Source of the DNA: Coprobacillaceae bacterium
GTDB lineage: Bacteria > Bacillota_I > Bacilli_A > Erysipelotrichales > Coprobacillaceae
Direction: 5' to 3'
DNA: 32,000 bases
Assembly: GCA_963675515.1 (NCBI GenBank)
Contig: OY776328.1
Coordinates: 570,001-602,000 of the forward strand
Below, in pieces: positions 27,222 through 32,000 of the stretch (the first letter of the stretch is position 1; each line of letters opens with the position of its first letter). A program made the position numbers and the translations under genes. The notes beneath the pieces were generated by a model. The model was given only the letters and a program-made list of their open reading frames with translations. It did not search any database and had not been told where the DNA came from.

Positions 27222-30071
27222 ATGAAACATAAAAGAGTGTTGGCGCTTATCTGTATCTTTGCGTTGGTAATTGGGACTCTGGCATATAAAACAGGCGATG
27301 ATGTTTATGGCGAAACCAATTACAGCGAAGATGTCGCAATGAGTGTCGACGAAAAGGGGAACATCGACAGTATCGAAATCGAAGATGTCGACAATACGGC
27401 TCTGGAAACAGCATTGAAGCTAAGCGAGAAGATAGATGTATCTGATCCCGAGGAAGTCAATGAGGTTTACGAAGGCGAAGGCCAGGTTGTCCAGCTCACG
27501 TCGGCCAATGCCGGCGTCGACTCATCGACAACAAGCAGTACAGGAGTGACCTTCGGTATGGTTATCTTCAATCAGTCAAGCACGGTAACCACATCATTCA
27601 CAAATGTGGAAACGGGCTATACCGGTTGCTACCTTAGCGGGGCCCTGGCGCCGGAAGCCGCTTATCTGGGAACCGATGGCAATGGCAATGTCCTTTTCAA
27701 ACAGGCGGATGTCTATGGCAAGGTCAGTGCCTCTTTGGTCAATGTCGTCGCTTACAGTGATTCTTTGTATACTAGCCGCTATAAGGTATCCAATGGAAAA
27801 ATATACCATTACATAACGACCAACCTGACCAGTGCGGCATCATCTTATGTTGTCGGGTACACCCAATCATACATGAGTGAGGGAGCGACGTATTTCAGTT
27901 ACGATGGTCATTATTTTTACACCAATTACAAGGTGATGCTTGATGACTACATGAATCATACTTATGTCAATTCCATCAACTCAACCAAACCATATTACAA
28001 CTATTACCAATATCTGTCGCATCGCAGCACCACTACCTTGACTGGCGAACAGATCGATGCCTATATCTATGACAAGATCACCCAGAACTATTCATCTTTG
28101 CAGTCATATATCGACCGCTATCTGCCTGGGACCGGATTGACACCATATGATTCCAAGCTGATTGGAATCGGAGCCGACCTGATCAAGGCCCAGAACACCT
28201 ATGGTGTAAATGCCCTTCTTGTTTTAGGGGTCGCCATCAATGAATCATACTATGGTTGCTCATCCAAGGCGTTCACCACCAACAACCTTTTCGGTCACGC
28301 GGTTTACGACAGTGACACAAGCAGTGGATCGGTCTACGGCAGTGTCTACGCCGGAATAGTCGGGCACATGGAGGTGTTCCTGTCAGATGGCTATCTCAAC
28401 CCATGGAACTGGAAATATTTTGGAACGAATCTCGGGGACAAACAATCGGGCTTGAATGTGAAGTATGCGTCCGATCCTTACTGGGGTGAAAAAGCGGCGG
28501 CCAGCGGGTACGCCATCAAGGATTATCTCAACACCAAAAATGTTGCGACTAACGACCTTTATTATTATTCGATAGGATATGTGAGCAATATCACCAAAGT
28601 CTACAACCAGGCATCGACCACATCTGCGCAGATATATACGACCGCTTCAGGTGCGACAGCAGGTACAGACAATGTCCTGAACTCACCGATCCTGGTGCTT
28701 GAAAATCTTAACAACGGATGGATGAAAATCCAATCGGACGGTCCTTTGAATTCTGAAAGGACGACCCGGAATTTCACATCATCATCGGCGGGCACATATT
28801 CTTATAGCCGCGATTATGTCTATGCGCAAAATACGAATTTCAAATCCATAGTGAACTACGATATTTATTGGTCGCCTGGATCCGCGATAATTCCGATTAC
28901 CGGAGTCACGCTTAACAGTACGTCGCTGACAATCAACCGCAACGCAACAAGCAAGCTGACAGCGACGATCATCCCGTCAAACACGAGCAATTCCAAGACT
29001 ATAACCTGGTCTAGCTCGAATACAAATGTCGCCACAGTCGACAGCAGCGGAAATGTCAAGGGCATCAACGCCGGAAACGCGACGATTACCGCCACCACCA
29101 GCAATGGCCTGTCAGCAAGCTGTGCGGTTACTGTCAACGTAGTGGCACCGACTTTGACGTACAGCGCCCATGTCCAGTCTATTGGCTGGCAACCATATGT
29201 TTTTGCCGGAGCGACAGCTGGGACAACTGATCAATCTTTGCGCATTGAAGGTCTTTATTTTGACATCGATGCTGGCACATATGGAGGGACAATCGAATAT
29301 CGCTCCCAAGTCCAGACATACGGATGGCAGGACTGGGTAAGCGATTATAAGCTGACCGGAACTGTCGGAGAAGCCAAACGCCTCGAAGCGATCCAGATCC
29401 GGCTGACTGGGGAACTGGCTCAGTATTTCGATGTGGTCTATCGGGTCTACGTCCAAAACTTCGGCTGGCTCGACTGGGCTAAAAACGGCGAGAGCGCCGG
29501 AACGGCGACCTATGGCTACCGGATGGAGGCCATCGAGGCTAAAATCGTACCAAAAGGCACCTTTACGACAGGGTCGAATCCGTACGAAAGTCGCAATGTG
29601 AAATACAACACCCATGTTCAGTCATTTGGCTGGCAGGCATACAGCTATGACGGGGAACTTTCAGGGACTGTTGGTCTGGCAAAACGGCTTGAAGCGCTGA
29701 CTTTATCTCTAGGCGACCTAGGCAGCGTCGACAATGTCGATTATTCCAACAGCGGCATCACATACCGCTCACATGTTCAAACATTCGGGTGGGAATCGAC
29801 CTGGAAAACCAACTCTCAGACTTCCGGAACAACCGGCTTAGGAAAGCGTCTGGAAGCTGTCCAGATTCTCCTGACCGGTGATCTTGCTTCCAAATACGAT
29901 ATCGTCTATCGGGTCCATGTCCAACATTTCGGTTGGCTTGACTGGGCTAAAAACGGCGAAAGTGCCGGAACCGAAGGATTCGGGTACCGGATGGAGGCCA
30001 TCGAGATCAAGCTCGTGCCTAAAGGAACGGTGATAACCAACACCGCTGCCTCATTCAAAAAAGCTACTTAA
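27222..30071 (+). CDS. Secreted multidomain peptidoglycan hydrolase: GH73 N-acetylglucosaminidase + SH3b-like + Big_2 + six ChW repeats
   Basis: Signal peptide MKHKRVLALICIFALVIGTLA. GH73 motif YGVNALLVLGVAINESYYGCS..NNLFGH. SH3b-like NNGWMKIQSDG. Big_2 ITGVTLNSTSLTINRNATSKLTATIIP..ITWSSSNTNVATVDSSGNVKGINAGNATITATT. Six repeats of Y-x-x-H/Q-V-Q-x-x-GW...G-x-x-G-T-x-G-x-x-x-R-L/M-E-A (ChW type). Confidence 0.8.
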   Translation: MKHKRVLALICIFALVIGTLAYKTGDDVYGETNYSEDVAMSVDEKGNIDSIEIEDVDNTALETALKLSEKIDVSDPEEVNEVYEGEGQVVQLTSANAGVDSSTTSSTGVTFGMVIFNQSSTVTTSFTNVETGYTGCYLSGALAPEAAYLGTDGNGNVLFKQADVYGKVSASLVNVVAYSDSLYTSRYKVSNGKIYHYITTNLTSAASSYVVGYTQSYMSEGATYFSYDGHYFYTNYKVMLDDYMNHTYVNSINSTKPYYNYYQYLSHRSTTTLTGEQIDAYIYDKITQNYSSLQSYIDRYLPGTGLTPYDSKLIGIGADLIKAQNTYGVNALLVLGVAINESYYGCSSKAFTTNNLFGHAVYDSDTSSGSVYGSVYAGIVGHMEVFLSDGYLNPWNWKYFGTNLGDKQSGLNVKYASDPYWGEKAAASGYAIKDYLNTKNVATNDLYYYSIGYVSNITKVYNQASTTSAQIYTTASGATAGTDNVLNSPILVLENLNNGWMKIQSDGPLNSERTTRNFTSSSAGTYSYSRDYVYAQNTNFKSIVNYDIYWSPGSAIIPITGVTLNSTSLTINRNATSKLTATIIPSNTSNSKTITWSSSNTNVATVDSSGNVKGINAGNATITATTSNGLSASCAVTVNVVAPTLTYSAHVQSIGWQPYVFAGATAGTTDQSLRIEGLYFDIDAGTYGGTIEYRSQVQTYGWQDWVSDYKLTGTVGEAKRLEAIQIRLTGELAQYFDVVYRVYVQNFGWLDWAKNGESAGTATYGYRMEAIEAKIVPKGTFTTGSNPYESRNVKYNTHVQSFGWQAYSYDGELSGTVGLAKRLEALTLSLGDLGSVDNVDYSNSGITYRSHVQTFGWESTWKTNSQTSGTTGLGKRLEAVQILLTGDLASKYDIVYRVHVQHFGWLDWAKNGESAGTEGFGYRMEAIEIKLVPKGTVITNTAASFKKAT
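29160..30027 (+). repeat. Coding repeat array: six ChW (clostridial hydrophobic W) modules organised as a 3+3 duplication
   Basis: Modules begin YSAHVQSIGW, YRSQVQTYGW, YRVYVQNFGW, YNTHVQSFGW, YRSHVQTFGW, YRVHVQHFGW. DNA block 29436-29537 recurs at 29904-30005 (offset 468 nt) at roughly 80-85% identity by eye. Confidence 0.75.
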
Positions 30072-30094
30072 GACGTCCTTCGGGATGTCTTTTT
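30071..30094 (+). terminator. Rho-independent terminator after the autolysin gene
   Basis: AGACGTCC (30071-30078), loop TTCG, GGATGTCT (30083-30090, one G-U pair), then TTTT. Confidence 0.7.
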
Positions 30095-30186
30095 GTCATC
30101 TGTTTGGGAAAATTCACATATTATATTGATAATTCCACGACTATTTAATGGATAATAGATAGTATATACTTACGAGGAGAAATCTT

Positions 30187-30846
30187 ATGGAGAATAAAGG
30201 CTTAAGCGTATTTGTGATTTTCATAGTCTCCCTGGCAAGTGTCTTTTTGAGTTCCAATCTGTTTTCTTCATTCGAACTCGACGCCCAATATGAATTTCAG
30301 GGGCGGGTAGTTGCCATCACAAATGATGGGGTTGAAATCGAGACGGACGGCACGACCCAGGAAGTATCGCTGTCGGATGGCCAAAAGGGGCAACTTTATG
30401 TCTTGGAAACCGTGGCCATAAGCGAAGGCGAAGTGTTCCAGGTGGACGACAGTTCGGTCGGTTATTATGAGAACATGCAAATAGTCACAAGTGAAGGTGT
30501 GGTTCAAAACGTCGACAGTGAAGGTGTGACCATCAATGATACGACATATTCTTGCGACGATAACACAATCGATTGTGCGCCGGGGGATAATGTCTATTTC
30601 GAATTTTATGAAGACAATGACGGGGTAGAAACAATCATCAACATGTACGAACAGGAAAAATTATTCGATCTTCGGGTGGAGACCATCAGCCGCAACAGTG
30701 ATGGTTGCATGGTGTTGAACAATGAATATGTGATCGATGCCTCCACCGATCTGAACATCGATATCATGACAATTGCGGTTATGGATAATTGCCAGATCAG
30801 CGTTGATGAGAAAAATAATATTGACATTCTAAGATATGTTGCATAG
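30187..30846 (+). CDS. Hypothetical membrane-anchored or secreted acidic protein
   Basis: GAGGAG RBS and N-terminal hydrophobic segment LSVFVIFIVSLASVFLSS. The remainder is Asp/Glu/Val-rich with repeated short V-x-x-D-G/E-G-V segments. No family recognised. Confidence 0.5.
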   Translation: MENKGLSVFVIFIVSLASVFLSSNLFSSFELDAQYEFQGRVVAITNDGVEIETDGTTQEVSLSDGQKGQLYVLETVAISEGEVFQVDDSSVGYYENMQIVTSEGVVQNVDSEGVTINDTTYSCDDNTIDCAPGDNVYFEFYEDNDGVETIINMYEQEKLFDLRVETISRNSDGCMVLNNEYVIDASTDLNIDIMTIAVMDNCQISVDEKNNIDILRYVA

Positions 30847-30847
30847 T

Positions 30848-30869
30848 AAAGCCGGTTTCCCGGCTTTTT
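30848..30869 (+). terminator. Rho-independent terminator
   Basis: AAAGCCGG (30848-30855), loop TTTC, CCGGC (30860-30864), then TTTTT. Confidence 0.75.
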
Positions 30870-30902
30870 ATTATAGAAAAAGCACCGTAATACACACTAG
30901 TA

Positions 30903-30931
30903 TTGATTTTGTTCGATAAAATCGTTATAAT
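30903..30931 (+). promoter_or_regulatory. Sigma-A promoter for the pilin-like operon
   Basis: TTGATT (30903-30908), 17-nt spacer, TATAAT (30926-30931). Confidence 0.65.
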
Positions 30932-30971
30932 TGAGTTATGAATATTAATGTTTATTAGGGGAGTTGTGATT

Positions 30972-31406
30972 ATGAATAATAAAGGTTTCGGGCTGGTCTC
31001 GGTTTTGGCAATTTTTCTAGTATTGACAGTATTGATTGTTTCATTGATGACCTTGTCCAAGGTGCAGTCGCTGCAAGTAGTAAACCAAACGGTCGAGGAC
31101 CAATTGGAATTGACGGCAAAGAATGCAATCGACATGGTATCAACGGCCATAATCAATACCGAAACCGAAGGCGATGATGTCGCCCTGGCAAACATGGTTC
31201 CAGCAACAATTGATCAAAGTTACAATCTGGATATTGACCTTGGCGATGAGAGTCAGGGAACAATCTCCGATGCGAAAATCACCAGGACGGTCAAAAACGT
31301 CGCCATCATTTCCCTTACAGTATCGAAAGGGAATATCGACTATGACCTTAAGGGTGTGATGATCCGGGCAAATTTCAGATGGGAGTTTCAAAACTATGCT
31401 AAATGA
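30972..31406 (+). CDS. PilX/ComGG-like minor pseudopilin (prepilin-like N-terminus without Glu+5)
   Basis: MNNKGFGLVSVLAIFLVLTVLIVSLMTL. ATG at 30972 follows AGGGGAG. I prefer this start over the listed one at 30948. Confidence 0.5.
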   Translation: MNNKGFGLVSVLAIFLVLTVLIVSLMTLSKVQSLQVVNQTVEDQLELTAKNAIDMVSTAIINTETEGDDVALANMVPATIDQSYNLDIDLGDESQGTISDAKITRTVKNVAIISLTVSKGNIDYDLKGVMIRANFRWEFQNYAK

Positions 31407-31716
31407 AAAAGGAATGACATTAGTTGAGGTTATTGTGTCGATGATCATACTTTCGATTATCATGCTTGGTGTGACAACTGCCTATCTTGCGTCATTGAAG
31501 CAGGATCTTGCGACAGCCAACTACCAAAGCATCGCTGACGATCTCAAGGTGCAGCTTGACAAAATGGATTTGAGCGGCGAAGCCGCCAATATTTCGGTAA
31601 CTATCGACTTCAATGACGGTGCCAAAATTGTTCAATTGAATGATGTGGTCCGCAAAGAGGTTTCGGATTCATCCGAGCCGACTATTTCGTTTGTGCGCTA
31701 CTATGCGCTTGACTGA
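31396..31716 (+). CDS. Type IV pilin/pseudopilin with prepilin-type N-terminal cleavage/methylation motif
   Basis: MLNEKG/MTLVEVIVSMIILSIIMLGV (G-x-T-L-V-E). Overlaps the preceding gene. Confidence 0.7.
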   Translation: MLNEKGMTLVEVIVSMIILSIIMLGVTTAYLASLKQDLATANYQSIADDLKVQLDKMDLSGEAANISVTIDFNDGAKIVQLNDVVRKEVSDSSEPTISFVRYYALD

Positions 31717-31739
31717 CAAACCAAGAAGGTGGGATTGAT

Positions 31740-32000
31740 ATGAACAACCAAGGTTTTACATTAGTGGAAATTGTGATTACTTTGGCAATCGGTGCGATTG
31801 TGTCCATTGCCATAGGAAAATCGTTTTTTGATTATTTCAAGTCATATGGTCAGATGTCGACAACCCAGATCCAGACGATGGCTTTGAATGGCGTAAATGA
31901 AATCGTCAACAACCAGGTAGAAGATGCCATGACGGTTGCTATTCAACCCGGCAACTACGTCCTTCAGGATGGGGAATATGGCATTTATGCCAATGATGAT
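31740..32000 (+). CDS. Type IV pilin/pseudopilin, 3' end outside the window
   Basis: Not in the supplied ORF track because it runs off the edge. My translation from the ATG at 31740 is MNNQG/FTLVEIVITLAIGAIVSIAIGKSFFDYFKSYGQMSTTQIQ..., open to nt 32000. GAAGGTGGGA RBS. Confidence 0.7.
   Translation, partial: MNNQGFTLVEIVITLAIGAIVSIAIGKSFFDYFKSYGQMSTTQIQTMALNGVNEIVNNQVEDAMTVAIQPGNYVLQDGEYGIYANDD

Noticed and set aside
29160-30027. Periodic repeats that could be mistaken for a CRISPR-like or non-coding tandem array.
   Set aside because: The periodicity is about 156 nt within one continuous open reading frame, and it encodes ChW protein modules. There is no repeat-spacer structure.

Overview
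Gram-positive (Bacillota-type) chromosomal segment. Supporting signals are GGAGG-like ribosome-binding sites and LCP, CpsBCD, LtaS-family, ChW-repeat and ComG-like pilin genes. Most genes are about 48-52% GC by my hand counts of sampled 60-nt lines, and 27 of 28 called genes are on the + strand. Almost the whole window is one cell-envelope glycopolymer region, in this order: (1) a partial phosphohexomutase fused in frame to a degenerate Gmd-like domain; (2) an ABC-transporter-dependent assembly operon with a GT2, a WbaP-type phosphoglycosyl transferase, five GT-B glycosyltransferases, Wzm, a Wzt carrying a C-terminal glycan-binding domain, and a small coiled-coil orphan; (3) an extracytoplasmic decoration pair, a GT-C-like membrane protein plus a GtrB-like polyprenyl-phosphate sugar synthase; (4) canonical gmd-rmd, making a GDP-6-deoxyhexose that is most likely GDP-D-rhamnose; (5) a convergent ugd; (6) an LtaS/OpgB-family phosphotransferase; (7) an LCP - CpsB phosphatase - CpsD kinase - CpsC modulator - LCP block. 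Downstream are a secreted acidic protein, a GH73-SH3b-Big2-6xChW autolysin, an orphan membrane protein and the start of a type IV pilin/pseudopilin operon. I saw no rRNA, tRNA, CRISPR array, transposase, integrase or recognisable defence genes. The main candidates for novelty are the hybrid architecture (Pseudomonas CPA-like D-rhamnan chemistry in a streptococcal Group-A-carbohydrate-like decoration and attachment framework), the mutase::Gmd-like fusion whose catalytic TSE motif is replaced, a low-GC mosaic patch that starts inside wzt and swaps its glycan-recognition domain together with an orphan coiled-coil protein and a GT, and a BY-kinase module with no Wzx/Wzy partner in view. All family assignments come from motif recognition by eye, not from searches.
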